This document shows, piece by piece, positions 45,954-59,816 of a stretch of 64,000 bases of DNA. The position numbers were made by a program, and so were the translations under genes. This stretch comes from Chrysomallon squamiferum. Taxonomy: Eukaryota > Animalia > Mollusca. The notes under the pieces are model-generated. The model saw only the letters and a program-made list of their open reading frames with translations, had not been told where the DNA came from and made no database searches. Location of the stretch: assembly GCA_012295275.1 (NCBI GenBank), contig CM022679.1, positions 28,706,001 to 28,770,000 on the forward strand. The letters are read 5' to 3'. Position 1 is the stretch's first letter, and every line of letters begins with the position of its first letter.

Positions 45954-47691
45954 AATTTTAAATTGTACGACTGAAATGTAATCGATGGTACATGATCATT
46001 CTTGCTCATCACAACTACAGGGTTATTTCTCGTTCCAACCACTCTGAAGCGATTAACTCGTCAAAGGTCATGACATTTACTTTTTCTGTGTACGCGAAAT
46101 GAGTAAACGCGACAACGTCCTGGTGGGGTGGGGAGAAGAAGAAGAACACCGAGTCCAGCGTCAGAGAGTTTCCTCTCATTAGTTTTAACAACAGCCACAT
46201 ATCCGTTAGTAAAAATGTCTTTAGTGAGTTTTTACATAAAACATAATTGTGTTCTTCTTTCAGTGGAAAGACTTCATTATTTTGTAATTGAATTATTTAA
46301 ATCAAATCCTGAAAGATGTGAAGAAGCCAAGCCTACTTTGTGCTACAATGACACTGCAGGAACACTGGGAGTATCAGAAAGCAGGAGCTTCTCGTGTCAC
46401 ACGCCAACAAAAGGAAGATTTCTGAGAATCAGGATCTGGAGAAAACAAACTTTTCTGACTATCTGTGAAGTTCAGATTTTTGGAGAAATCGAAACTAGTA
46501 ATATAGAACAAATATATGTATATACGTATATACGTATATGTGTCTATATATTTGTGTATATGTATCTTCGTGTCTATATATACGTGTGTGTACATTTAAA
46601 TATGAATGTATCAGTGTGTGTACGTTAGTATGTCTCTATGTATATATGTGTGTATGTTCATGTGTGTGTTGTATGCATGTATGTGAGTATATGTATGTGA
46701 ATGTATGTGCGTATGTGTGTACACTAAAACGAATCTAATTGGTTCCAAAGCCTCGTTCGTTATACGGTTCTTTCGTTATAGGGTCCATTGAAATACGTGT
46801 TATAAGGAGTAATCCTTTCCTGGCCCCCAAATACACGCTCTCAAAAATGACAAATATAGTATAAAATACTAAAATAAGTTAATGAACAGACTGTTAAACT
46901 CCTGAAATGAACAATATCATTAATGCGTTATCTGAACTTACTGATTCTGAGCTTGCAGCAGAGCAAGCAGAGAAGAGGGAGGAGACAGTTACAGAGAAGA
47001 GATGGAATAAGAGTAGTCATCCTTCCTAGCCCACTTTGGTGACTGTCCGTCTGTCTGTAGGAGGTCTTGTTCTCATCCTCCCCTGAAATATTCTTCCATG
47101 CTCGTTATGGGGTTCTGAGACTGATAGGTAAAACCGTTCGTTATACGGATAGGCGTATTAGAATCCCTTCATTTTAAGGTGCCCCACTGTACGTACGTAT
47201 GTATTAGTCTATGTCTGTATGTGTGTGTATGTGTGTCTTAATGTGTGTATCTGTTTGTGTATATGTGTTTTATCTATATATCTTTGTATGTATGTATGTG
47301 TGTGTAAATGTGTATACATATGTGTGTATGTGTGTCTATAGGTTTTTTAATTACTATTTCTCATTCATATTTCATACACATTTTCATGTTCTGTATATTC
47401 GTATTTTGAAGTGGAATGTAATTCTGTTCTTTTTCTTCTTTAATTATTTCAGGTTGTTGAAACCCAACACTTTTTCTCCGGGTGAAACAAACACGGGTGG
47501 TTTCCAATAGTTCTGTCATGTCGACCACGCCCATCGTGAAATGTCCTTTGATGTGTATGAGTAATGTGAAATGTCTGGCTTTCAACTTCAACACTCAAAC
47601 TGAACAGTGTGAACTCATCTTTCATCCAGAGTTTGCCTTGAACATCCAGAACGATTCTCACTGGGATTATTACGGACCTGACTTGTGCTGA
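45159..47691 (+). pseudogene. Gene H pseudogene; exons 45159-45216, 45274-~45501 (donor lost, TAA 45507-45509), 46264-46497, 47453-47691 (TGA 47458-47460)
   Basis: All four exons are recognisable. No GT follows NRDIF. Exon 4 begins GT TGT TGA versus GT TGT GGA at paralogous 58661. Confidence 0.85.
46735..47191. mobile_element. Probable non-autonomous pogo/Tigger-like DNA transposon remnant in intron 3 of gene H
   Basis: GC-richer insert between TG/TA microsatellites, with repeated CGTTATA motifs near both ends; the right end ccccactgTA reads TA-CAGTG on the minus strand. Absent from the paralogous intron 58188-58660. Left TIR not recognisable. Confidence 0.5.
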
Positions 47692-47795
47692 AACAACGAG
47701 TCAACAAAAGACAACAACAGAAAGCTTCTTATGTTAGATCTGAACAAATTGGAAAATGCAATATGTGTTTTTATTGTTGGTGGAATCGTGGGGTG

Positions 47796-47873
<78 letters not shown>

Positions 47874-48716
47874 TTTTTTTGGGAGTTTTTGATATTTTTT
47901 TATTTGCTTTGTATCTGACTTTATATCTGCTTGTTTCTGTTAGATAAAAAATGTATTTGTTATTATTATCATCTTTATCATTATTATGATTACTGTTCTT
48001 GTTAGATAGTTATTCTAGTTATTGTTGTCGTTGTATTTCAGTACATTTCTTATCAACATATTTTATATGTCTGTACATTTATTGTGAACATATTTTATCT
48101 TTTATTACATTTATTATCAACTTATTTTATATGTCTGTACATTTATTGTGAACATATTTTATCTTTTAGTACATTTATTATAAGCACAGTGTATATTTCA
48201 GTATGTTTATTATAAACACATTTTACATTTCAGTATATTTATTATAAACACACTTTATATATCACTACATTTATTATCAACACATTTTATATTTCAATAC
48301 ATTTATTATCAACACAGTTTATATTTCAGTACATAATTTATACATCAATAGTTTTACTATTAGTATAGTTTCTAGTTTAAAACCTTTAGTTTGATAATAG
48401 TATCAAATTTTATATTTACTTGAATAATTTTACAATTCGTGTTATTCCGTATTCCTTACATTGTTTTCGTTTCTCTATTAATGCAATAAAGGCTTTGTCT
48501 AATTAGGTTTTCAGTTTTATTTCTTCCTTTCATTATTGACGTCGTTTTTGTCTTCACCGTCATCAAACTACAGCCAGCTAATAGTATTATCATTATTGTT
48601 TTATTATTATTATCATCAATATCATCCTCGTCGTCATCATCAAACAATAATAATCATTACCTTTTTCTCAGATCACTGCCAGTTCTACTATTTATTTTCT
48701 ATTTTATTCTATTCTT

Positions 48717-48785
<69 letters not shown>

Positions 48786-50502
48786 CTCGTTTTTGTTATT
48801 CTTCTTACAACTATTTTATTCTTTTTATTGTGTTGTTATTATTACAATTATATTATTTTTATTAATGTTTTGTTATTATTGTGTTTTTACTGTTAAAAGA
48901 AGTGGTGTTTATCAATATAGTGATAATTCTTGCATGAGCTGTAACGTTAAAAATTAACAATCATAAAATGATCTTTCTTCCTTTGAAAACAACTCTTTGA
49001 CAGAAAGAAATGGAGAACTTGCTACAACATATCAATATTGGAACATAATAATAATAATAAAATTAAATTAAGAAAAGACTAACAAATTTTACTGATTAAA
49101 TATATTTGCAAAACTCAATTGCAAATACTGTTGCTAGTGAGTTGAAACGAATATTCACAACCTTCTACTAGTGAAATTCAAAGATAATATTTTAGATATT
49201 TGTAAAAAGATTTATTCAGCCGCATTTGTGCCATTTTGTTCTCCTTTCAGAATTTGTACCCTTGTCATACATTTCAGTCATGCGTGAAATAAAATATCTT
49301 GCTACCTTGTGGAAAATAGAAGCAACTTTTGTGCCATACCAATATATTAACTTACCCGGAGTTTTCAAATGTGTGATGGAATATCCATTTATTTGTTAGC
49401 GTTATGTAGATCAAATCAAAATACGTTTATGTTCTACACTGAAATGTTTGAGAAGCCGATTGTAGACTCCAATTCTGAGCAACTATTAAATTAATTATTA
49501 ATGAAAAATTTAGTTCTGCAGTACTTTTCAGCCTCCTAATGTTTTGTATTAACAACAAAATTAGTGACAAGGCATTTGTTTTTAAGCCGAAGAAAAGAAC
49601 CAGATAGCAGAGAGTGGACTAACGACAACAGATAAATTTTGAAAGTAAAAAATTTATAATCAAAGAATTATTTTTTTGTATGTTGTTCAATAAACTGATT
49701 TTCAGAAGAAAACAATGTTTTGTTTTCGTTTTGAAAGTTGGTGGTTACAAAAACTTATAAATATTTCAACATAATTCTATTTTAGATGGCTCCTGCCTCG
49801 GTTGCTGGTTATAAACAATAGTTTGTTTCTTGAAAGAATAACTAATAGATTTCATTGATTTAATCGATTTCAGATAATGTAAAAACCAACCAAAATACTG
49901 CTGCTACGGTAATTTATACAAATAATTATGGCTAACTTAAGTAATATAGAAGAACGTTTTGTTGTTCGTTGCTCACTGATCAAAATGTATGACTTATACA
50001 TAAAATTACAACAAACTGATCTTTTTTCTTTCTTTTTTGAGAATACCTTGCTTTTTAAGTCAGCTGAAAATTCAGAACCTACCGCTAATAATTATTTTTA
50101 TTAATTTTGGTGGAAGGATTAGTCGGAGTAGTTTATTTATTTATTTATTTTAGAATTAGAATTATTAATTTAATACTGAAAGAATCCATTTTGAGGTAAC
50201 TTATTTGATATCTTTCAACCCATGAATGTTTTACGTTAACGACAGAATAAATTCAGTGTCGAGTTTCAGTTTAACATCTCAAGACAATACTTCAAACTGA
50301 ACAGTTATTTTCCGAGATAAATCAAATGAACTTTTAAAATCAGTGACAAGGGATCTGTTGTCGCTATTCAATGAGAAGATATTTCTAAACAAGTCTTTCA
50401 AGTGTAGAAAACCTCTAACACTAGAAATACAATTTGTTACAGATTGTTCAGTTTGGTGTATACAGAGATCTGAACAAGACGTAATTATAGTATTCTTCTA
50501 CA

Positions 50503-51409
50503 ATGTACAAATACTTCATCTTTTTCTTAGCGACCCTTCTCATAATTAGTTCTGAAGGTAAGAATGTTTTTGTATCCGTCTAAATTCGACTAAATCAATA
50601 TCCTCACGCTTTCTGTTTCTTTTCTGTCTTCTTTTTGGATTATCTTTCCTTTTGTTTCTTGTTGTGTCTGTCATTTCCTGTTAATTCTTTTTTACGTTTT
50701 AAATCCTCAATCAACTTACATTTATTATATTATCATTCCTGATATTTTATATATTGAGATGGTGTAAAATATCATGAACATGATTAATATTTCTAACTAT
50801 TATAATGGCAGTGAATGAATACTGAAAAGTTTTAAATTTCAGACGAAACGACTACAAATATCGCTCTCAAGAAACCAGTAATCTCGAGTTCTGTTGTGAA
50901 CAGTCCGTTTGCTGTTCCGGAACATGCAGTAGATGGTAATTAGTGTACAATTTACGGGAGAAACGGTTGTTTTATTTCCAGCAGCAAAGACGAAAATCCT
51001 TGGTAGCTGTTTAACTATATATCTGTCCATCTATCTCTCTATCTATGAATCTCTTTATCTGTCTATCTATCATTTCATAATTTGTATACTGATTCTTTTT
51101 ACAGCAGAGCATCTTCATTATTTTGTCATTGAAATATCTGAGAAGAACCCATATAAATGTTTATCAGAAAAACTTACTGTGTGTTACAAGAACATTGGAT
51201 CGGCGCTAAATATATCAGAAACCAGGAACATCACATATCAGTTTGCTGTACAAAACAATAACATTCTGTATCTCTCTGTATCTATCTATATTTCTATTTA
51301 TATATCTGTCTATATATCTATCAACCTATGTATGTAGATATACATCTCTCACTCTCTCTTTTTTATAATGTGACAACATTAAAATCATTTATTATTTATT
51401 TCAGTTTGT
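50503..51409 (+). pseudogene. Gene I pseudogene (E/F subfamily): exon1 50503-50557, exon2 50843-~51004 (TAG 50941-50943, 3' deleted), exon3 51105-~51234 (truncated), exon 4 deleted
   Basis: Collinear with gene F but carries a TTG>TAG nonsense change and three deletions; only cag|tttgt of exon 4 remains. Confidence 0.88.
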
Positions 51410-51802
51410 TTATTCATTCGTTCATTTATTTTATTTTATTTTATTTTATTTTAAGTTTTATTTTACTTTTATTTATTTTTTATTATTATTACTTATTTAT
51501 TTATTTTTTTTAATTTTTTTTTTGCCGACACCAATGTTTTATATCAGCTGAAAATTAAGAATCCTCAGCCCATAATTAATTGATATCACTTCAAGATTTT
51601 AAATAATAATTTTTTTAATGAGTTATAATTTTTAATTTAATATTGAGAAAATTTTGAGGTAAGTTATTCAAAACTTTTCTGTATTTTAGTTCTTTATCTT
51701 AACGTCAATGTGAATGTATTGTAGAGTTTTAGTTTTACTTCTGCAAAGAACACTTGAAACTTAGCAGTTATCTTCGGAGAGAATGCATCGTATTTTTCAA
51801 AT

Positions 51803-51964
51803 TAGTGACAAGGGATTCGTTTTTACTAATCAATGAGAAGATGTTTTCAAACAAGTCTTTCAAGTGTAGAAAACCGTTATGACTAGAAATACAATATGTT
51901 ATAGGTTGTTCAGTTTGGAGTATACAGAGATCTGAACAAGACGTAATTATAGTATTCTATCACA
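51803..51964 (+). promoter_or_regulatory. Conserved ~160-bp proximal promoter/5'UTR block (representative copy, gene J)
   Basis: gtgacaagggatt..caatgagaagatgttttcaaacaagtctttcaagtgtagaaaacc..gttcagtttggagtatacagagatctgaacaagacgtaattatagtattct..caATG, found in full or in part before A, B, D, E, F, I, J and the orphan first exons. Confidence 0.7.
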
Positions 51965-53720
51965 ATGTACAAATACTTCTTCTTTTTCTTAGCGATCCTT
52001 TTCATCACTAGCTCTGAAGGTAAGAATGTGTTTGTTGTTGTGGGGGGGTCTGAATTTAATTATATCGACATAGTAACGTTCTTGTTTTTTTATTTTTTTT
52101 TTTTCATTTTATTTTGTTTTTTGTTCTTCCCGCTGTTTTGCTTCTGTTATCTTTTGTATTTTGTATGCCCGCATAAATTACGTTTATTTGATTGTCTTTG
52201 TGTACATTCACTATATCGAGGTGTGTATAAAATGCTGTAAAACATTCTTAATATCTCATTTATTATAATGATAATGAATGAAGAACGAACACCTCTTTTT
52301 TCCCAGACAGTCTTTCTACAAATATCGCTGTCAACAAACCAGTATTTGCGAAAACTACCCTCCATTGGAAACAGGCTCTTCCACAACATGCTGTGGATGG
52401 CAACCTTGGCACACATTTTGAAACTGACGGTTGTTTTGTTTCCGGCGACGATGACAAAAGACCTTGGTTGATCATAGACTTAGAAGCGTCTTACATCATC
52501 CACACGGTTGCTTTGACCAATTCGGATAAATATGGTAAGTTCTTCGATCTAATAGTGAGAAATAATAATCAGACAATATAATATTCACTGATACTTTTCA
52601 TTGTTATCATTTGTGATTATATTTTCAATATCATTGTTTTTGTTGTTGGTTGCATTTATTATTATTTTGGTTGTTGCTGGTGTTGTTGGTGTTGTTGATC
52701 TTGTTGTTTTAGTTATAAATGATGGTTATTCAGATATTTCTTTACCATACTTATCTAATGTTTTCTTTAAACTGTTAGCCGTCCTTGGAAGGTAATTAGT
52801 TCTTTTTGATCTCTAATAATTTATTTATTTACATGTTTACTTACTTACTTAGTTACTTATTTACTTACTTACTTACTTACTTACTTAGTTACTTACTTAC
52901 ATATTCAGATACATTTCTATATTAAAATTATTTTAATGTTAATTTTTTATTTTTTATCTGTCTATCTATCTATTCATAATTTGTATATTGATTTTTTTTT
53001 TTACAGCAGAGCAACTTCATTATTTTGTCATTGAAATATCTGAGAAGAACCCATATAAATGTTTTGAAAGACGTACTGTGTGTTACAAGAACACTGGACC
53101 GGCGCTAGGATTGTCAGAAACCAGGAACTTCACTTGTGAGAAACCAACTCGAGGTCGATTTCTGTTAATTAGAAATTGGAAAGAAGCTCTATATCTGACC
53201 TTGTGCGAGGTTCAGGTTTTCGGCGAACGAGACAATGGTGAGAAGTTACTTGCATCACATAAACTTTATTTTTGATAACTTTTCTAATATATTTAATCAT
53301 GATAGTTTCCTATTTTAATTTTTTTTTTCCCTGCCACAATATGTTTGTATACTGTCTCTCTTTCTTTCTCGATCTATCCTTCTATGTATATATCTGTCAA
53401 CCTATCTAAGTAGATATCTCTGACTTTCTCCTTTTTATGATATGACAACATCAAAATTCATTTATTTCTTAATTATTTCAGTTTGTGAAAATCCAAGTCG
53501 GTTTCCTAGGGTCAAACAAACACGACTGATTTCTGATAATTCTGATATATCGACCATGCCCATCACGAAATGTCCTTTGATGTGTATCAAGAATGTGAAA
53601 TGTCTGGCTTTCAACTTCAACACTGAAACTGAACAGTGTGAACTCATCTTTCATCCACGGTTTGCCTTGAACATTCAGAAAGATTCCCAGTGGGACTACT
53701 ACGGAATTGACTTGTGCTAA
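51965..53720 (+). CDS. Gene J: secreted F-type lectin-like + PAN/apple protein, 250 aa; exons 51965-52019, 52307-52534, 53007-53237, 53482-53720
   Basis: Open spliced frame (55+228+231+239 nt), GT-AG. MYKYFFFFLAILFITSSE; NIAVNKPV, HAVDGN, PWLIIDL, LTLCEVQVFG; ends YYGIDLC*. Confidence 0.9.
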
Positions 53721-54551
53721 ATGGGACAATGAGAAAGAAAGACAAATATTTTCGTGAATACATATAAGTAGCGTACAGAATAACAAATGAATATTTTCTA
53801 CTTTTACGGATATTGTATCATCAAATGACGGAGATAAGTTTAGAGATAAAGATGGAACGATGTTACATTTATAGTAAAGAAAGTTAACACGGCCAACACT
53901 GAAAGGGTCCACATACTGAAATTCTGAAGTTTCTGTATGACAACACAGTTAATATTAACAACACACAACAGATCACTTGAAAATCTTTAAGTGACTTCTT
54001 GCGAGAATGAACAATTCGATTTATCACAGTTACATTTTATCTACAAACATTATAAATACAGATATAAAAAAACAAGCATGCAGTCACACATACATACATG
54101 GATACATGGATACATGGATATATGGATACAGGGATACAGACATACATACATACAAACATACAAAAATGCATACATACATACAGATATATAAATATTTATT
54201 TATAGACCAGTCTCAGTGCAGACATTATAACTATTGATATTATATTTAAGTAGAAGTTTGTTACATTTTACAGGTTTCTTTTTTGTTTTTCACTTTACTC
54301 TCATTTAGCCATTTCCTTTTACTGCTGTGTCTCTGGTCTTACACGTATTTGTTTCTATTATCTAAACTGTCAGTTTAGTATTATTGTTATTATAATTTTA
54401 CTAGTAGCAGCATTATTAGCACTATTGTAGTATTTTATTGTTATTATCATTGTTGTTTTTACAATTTTTATTATGGCTGTTATTATTATTTTTATTATTA
54501 TTATTTTGATCATTATCATAATTATAATTATTTAAAAAAAATTATTTAGTG

Positions 54552-54605
<54 letters not shown>

Positions 54606-55407
54606 ATTATTATTGCATATCTAATATTTATATAATTTGTTACCAACTTACTTTTTACTTTACAACAACTTTATTATCTCTACAGTCTAATGTTCAATAC
54701 ATTTTTTTACCAACATAGTTTATATTTGAGAAATTTTATTATCAATACAGTACATCACAGTTATCAAAATAGTTTAAATTTCCGTACATTTGTTATTAAC
54801 CTCTATATAGCACACTTTATACTTTAATAGTTTTAAAATCAAAACAGTTTACAATTTAATACTTTTATTTTCAACATAGATTATAGTTTGATAATTTTAT
54901 TATCAACATAGTTTACAGTTTAATACTTTTATTATCATATATACATATATACTCCCAAATCACTTGCAGACATTATCATTATTGATGTTATATTTAAATA
55001 GATATCTGTTACATGCTACAGTTTTTTTCTTTATTCTAGAATATTAATATCATAGTTGTGTATCTCTTTGTTTCTATTAAAGTTTTTTATTTATTATTAT
55101 TATTATTATCATTACAATTATTTTGATTACTGTTGCTGTTGTCTAGTTATTCTTGCTTTTGTTACTGTTGAGGTCTTCACATTATCGTTTTGTTATTTCA
55201 TTATTATTATTATTACAGGTGTTTTCATTTATCAACAAATAATATTTCGGAATTTTTGTTTCATAGTTTATAGTGGGTTTGTTTGTTTTGGGGCTTTGTG
55301 TTGTTTGTTGGGGGTTTTTGTGTGTTTATTTTTTCTTGTTTGTTGTTCTTGTTGTTATGTTGTTGTTGTTCGTCTTCTTTTTTGTGGGGAGTTTTCTAGA
55401 TTTCTTT

Positions 55408-55446
<39 letters not shown>

Positions 55447-56174
55447 CATATGAATAATTTACATTCCTCGCCTTTCATGTCAACGTACTTTATATTTCAA
55501 TATTTTGATCATTAATATTTCAGTATTTTTATCATAAACGTAATTTATAAATTGGAAATATCAGCATAGCTTTTATTTTAGTACATTTATTACTACCGTT
55601 GTTTATAGATTTATACTTAGTCTGTATTTTAATATAGTTACTCTCACGAGAGTCTACACTTCATTACGTTTGTATTTCAGTACACTTCTTACCAACACAT
55701 TTTATTGAACAGTATTTGTTAACGCGTGTTATTCTGCATTCCTTACACTGTGTTCGTTTCTGTATTAATATAATAAAGATTTTACCTATTTAGTTTTTAT
55801 TTTATTTCTTCTCTTCATTATTGACGTCGTTGTCGTCTTGATCGTCATCAAACCTCAGCCAGCTAATGCTATTATCATTATCATCATCATCATCATAATC
55901 GTCATCGTCGTCATCATCATTATAAAACTATAATTTCAAAATTGTTTAGTGTGACGTGCTACTTTACTTTCTATTCTGAAATTATAGAAATAACAAGAGA
56001 CTGAAAAATGTATTTAAAAATTTGACTCAGTAAAGTTCTCTGAAGTTTCATGTTCGTGCAACCATTTCTTCTGAGCATCATATTCTAACTCTTCTTCTAA
56101 TTTTCTCTTAGTAAATTAAAACTTAGAATTATTATCATTATTCTTAACTGACGAAAATACTGGTATTGATTGAT

Positions 56175-56300
56175 TTCAAGTGTAGAAAACCGTTAAGACT
56201 ACAGATTGTTCAGTTTGGAGTATACAGAGATCTGAACAAGACGTAATTATAGTATTCTACTGCAATGTACAAATACTTTTTCATCTTTTCTTAATGATCC
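56175..56300 (+). pseudogene. Degenerate upstream element and exon-1 remnant (ATG 56265)
   Basis: gatctgaacaagacgtaattatagtattc..ATG TAC AAA TAC TTT TTC ATC TTT TCT TAA; no donor. Confidence 0.7.
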
Positions 56301-56753
56301 TTTTTAAAAGTTTAATTATATCGATATCCTGATGTTTCTGTAATATTTTTCCCCCTTTTCTTGCTGCTGTTATGTTTCTAATCTCTTTTTTTGAATTTTG
56401 AATGCTCCAAAATTAAAATGGTGCTTTGTTTTAGCAGGCTGTTATTTCACGAGTTGGTACCAGAATAAACTATGATATGTTCCATTGCAAATGAAGAATT
56501 TCTTAATAAAATAGAGACCTGCTTCAGGCTGTAGGTAGTAGACGTCAGCACTTGTCTCTTTATTAATTCTTAATATTAGAAATAACCTTTGGAGATGCAT
56601 TTCATTTTCTATGATATTCAATGGAAAATATTTAAACTTTTAAGTCCCTTCTAAACCGAACAGCTTTTTCCTTCTTTTTTATTTTAATTTTGTTTTTATT
56701 TTATATACAAATATATATATATTATTGTTATTTTGTTATTGCTTGTTTGCTTG

Positions 56754-56806
<53 letters not shown>

Positions 56807-57326
56807 TAGCATTAATATAGTAACAATTATTGCTACACGTTTCACATATATATATATATATATTTCTACTAGTTTTTGTTTATTATTTTCATCAGAGTAT
56901 ATTTTGATAATTATATTAAAAAGGTATAAAATAATAAACAGCTCAGGAATATTTCTATAAATCGATAGTTTTGTACCAGTTCAAGCTGTCCTTCGAGGTA
57001 GATGTAGATGTGTGTTACTAACGAATGAGGGCACGGTTCTCTTAACTCTTTCGTGTGTAGAAAGCCGTTATGACCAAGAGTGAAACGGCTACAAGTTGTC
57101 CAGTCACAATAACAATACAGACAGTCCTCAGAGATCAGCATTTCGTGTTATTAATGAATGAGAAACTATATCCAGTGAACTCTCGCAAATTTAGTGTACC
57201 GTTACGACTATAAACAAGACAGTGCTAGAGATTGCTTAGATTGCTGCAGATATTTAACAAGACGTAAATATACAACATTTTAATCATAGGATATGGATTT
57301 TAAAGCTCATTTTCTTTCTTTTTCGG

Positions 57327-57920
57327 ATGATTGCTTTATTGACATCGCTCTTAATAAACCTGCAATCATGATTTCTGCCTTGGTTCATGCAAAAGCAGCA
57401 GCCCAATGTGCAGTTGATGGCAACATTGACTTGAATACAGACGGATGGGCAATAATGGCTAGTTCTGACGACTGGTAGACTTAGAAGATACGTATACTCT
57501 CCACATTTTAACCACCAGAAATATAGAAGGTGAAATTCGTTATCAGTGAAATAACAACATACTTACAAAAAGTGATATAATAAGATGTCAGTATATAAAA
57601 TAAATACAAAGTATTAATACAGAAATTAATATGTAAGAAATTAGAAACAAAAAAGCAAGATATTCTTCTCAATCAGTTTCTGAATTATTTTCCATTTCAA
57701 TTGTTTTTCTCTCTCTTTCTTCAAACGACATAACTAGAGTGATATTTTCTGTATTGCTGTCTATAAGAAAGATTTAAAATTATTTTATAATAATAAATAT
57801 TTCTGATCAGAGCTATGAATTATACACGGATTAATAAAAACAAAAAAGGTTTTAAAAGATATCAGTAAATACCCAGTAAATATTCTTGCGTTCTTCTTTG
57901 TCTTCTTCTTCTTCTTCTTC

Positions 57921-58009
<89 letters not shown>

Positions 58010-58278
58010 GTCATTGTTGTTGTTTCTTGAAAATAATTGTTATTATTATTATTATTAATTTTAAACCATACGACTGTAATCAATGGTATGTGATCGTTCT
58101 TCCTCATCGCGAGTACAGGGTTATTTGTGGAACAGCAAATTTGTCTGACAATCTGTGAAGTTCAGATTTTTTAAGAAATCGAAACTAGTAACAGTAAGTA
58201 CAGAAGAAATATGTATCTACGGGTCTATGTACATGTCTATATAAGTGTGTGTGTAAATATATGAGTATATGTACGTTA

Positions 58279-58319
<41 letters not shown>

Positions 58320-58894
58320 CGTCGTGTTTGTGTATATACATGTGCCTTTCTGGTTGAATGTGTGTTTGTATGTTATGTATATATGTGCATAAGTGTGTAT
58401 GTGTGTGTATGTGTGTGTTTGTATGTGTGCATGTGTGTATATGTTAATGTGTGTGTCTGTATCTATGTGTATATATATGTATGTGTATCTCTTGAGTTTA
58501 TTGAGTTTTCTGATAAATATGTTATACAAATTCTTCATGTTATATATATTTGTGTTTTCAAGAGGAATATAATTCTTTTCTTTTTCTTCTTTATTTTCGT
58601 GTTGTCGTGTGGAATGTAAGTCACTTTGACATGTTCTGTATATTTCTGAAATTACTTCAGGTTGTGGAAACCCAACACCTTTTCTCCGGGTGAAACAAAC
58701 ACGGGTGGTTTCCAATAGTTCTGTCATGTCGACCACGCCCATCGTGAAATGTCCTTTGATGTGTATGAGTAATGTGAAATGTCTGGCTTTCAACTTCAAC
58801 ACTCAAACTGAACAATGTGAACTCATCTTTCATCCAGAGTTTGAACATCCAGAACGATTCTCACTGGGACTACTACGGACCTGACTTGTGCTGA
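57327..58894 (+). pseudogene. Pseudogene H' (H subfamily): exon 1 deleted, exon2 57327-~57529 (acceptor cag>cgg, stop), exon-3 tail ~58145-58187, exon4 58661-58894 (5-bp deletion)
   Basis: DCFIDIALNKPAIMISALVHAKAAAQCAVDGN..DDW*. Exon 4 matches H but lacks gcctt, causing a frameshift. Confidence 0.85.
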
Positions 58895-59126
58895 AACAAT
58901 GAGTCAATAAAAGACAACAACAGAAAACAGAAACGAAGAAAGAACATAAATCATTTCGTCTTAGATGGGAACAAATTAGAAAACGTACATTTTTCTCTTT
59001 TGTTTTGTGAAATAACAAATAACAGATATCGTCTTGATTTATTTCTGCATTTAAGAATTAAACATAGATCAGCAAAAGAATTCATCATCCCATAATGTTT
59101 AGTAATTTCGCTTTTTTTCATTGCAG

Positions 59127-59816
59127 CTTTTCGACTTGTCAATTTTGTTATTGAAGTCTTTGTGAAGAATCCTAAAAACTGTGCCGATGCCAAAGTCACT
59201 GTGTGTTATAATCATACTGGAGCGGCGCTAGGAGCTTCTGAGACGAGAAGCTTCGCTTGTGAGAAACCAACAACAGGTCGATTTGTCAGAATCAGAAAGT
59301 GGAAGCAAGATTATGTCCTTACTTTGTGTGAAGTTCAGGTTTTCGGCCAGCAAAAAATTGGTAAACTTTATAATAAACGTAATGGTAAAAAATTATGTTA
59401 ATAATGTCGTGGCTGTATCTTATTAAATGCGTTATAGATATGCTATTTTATTAATGTAATTTAGATTGAATGGCGAGAATATAATATGTTTCTTTTCTTA
59501 GCCTCTGTAAAATATCCTACGTTGATAATAAACACTGAAATGTTTGTCCTTAAACTGATATTTCTCGCCTGTTTTAGGTTGTGAAAATCCAATTTATTTC
59601 GATCGACTTAGACAAACACGACTAAAATCAGATAACCCTCTGATACTGACCACACCCCTGATGAACTGTGCTATTGAGTGTGTGAAAAATGGCGCCTGTC
59701 TGGCTTTCAACTTCAACACTGAAATTCAGCAGTGTGAACTCATCTTTCAGCCTCAGTTTGGCGAGACAACTGAGAAGAATTCCGTGTGGGACTACTACGG
59801 ATCAGATTTGTGTTAA
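59127..59816 (+). pseudogene. Headless G/K-type half gene G': intact exon 3 (59127-59360) and exon 4 (59578-59816), no exons 1-2
   Basis: Both exons are open with intact splice sites and are nearly identical to G and K. Similarity to G intron 2 starts at ~58981, just after the H' 3' region. Confidence 0.82.
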
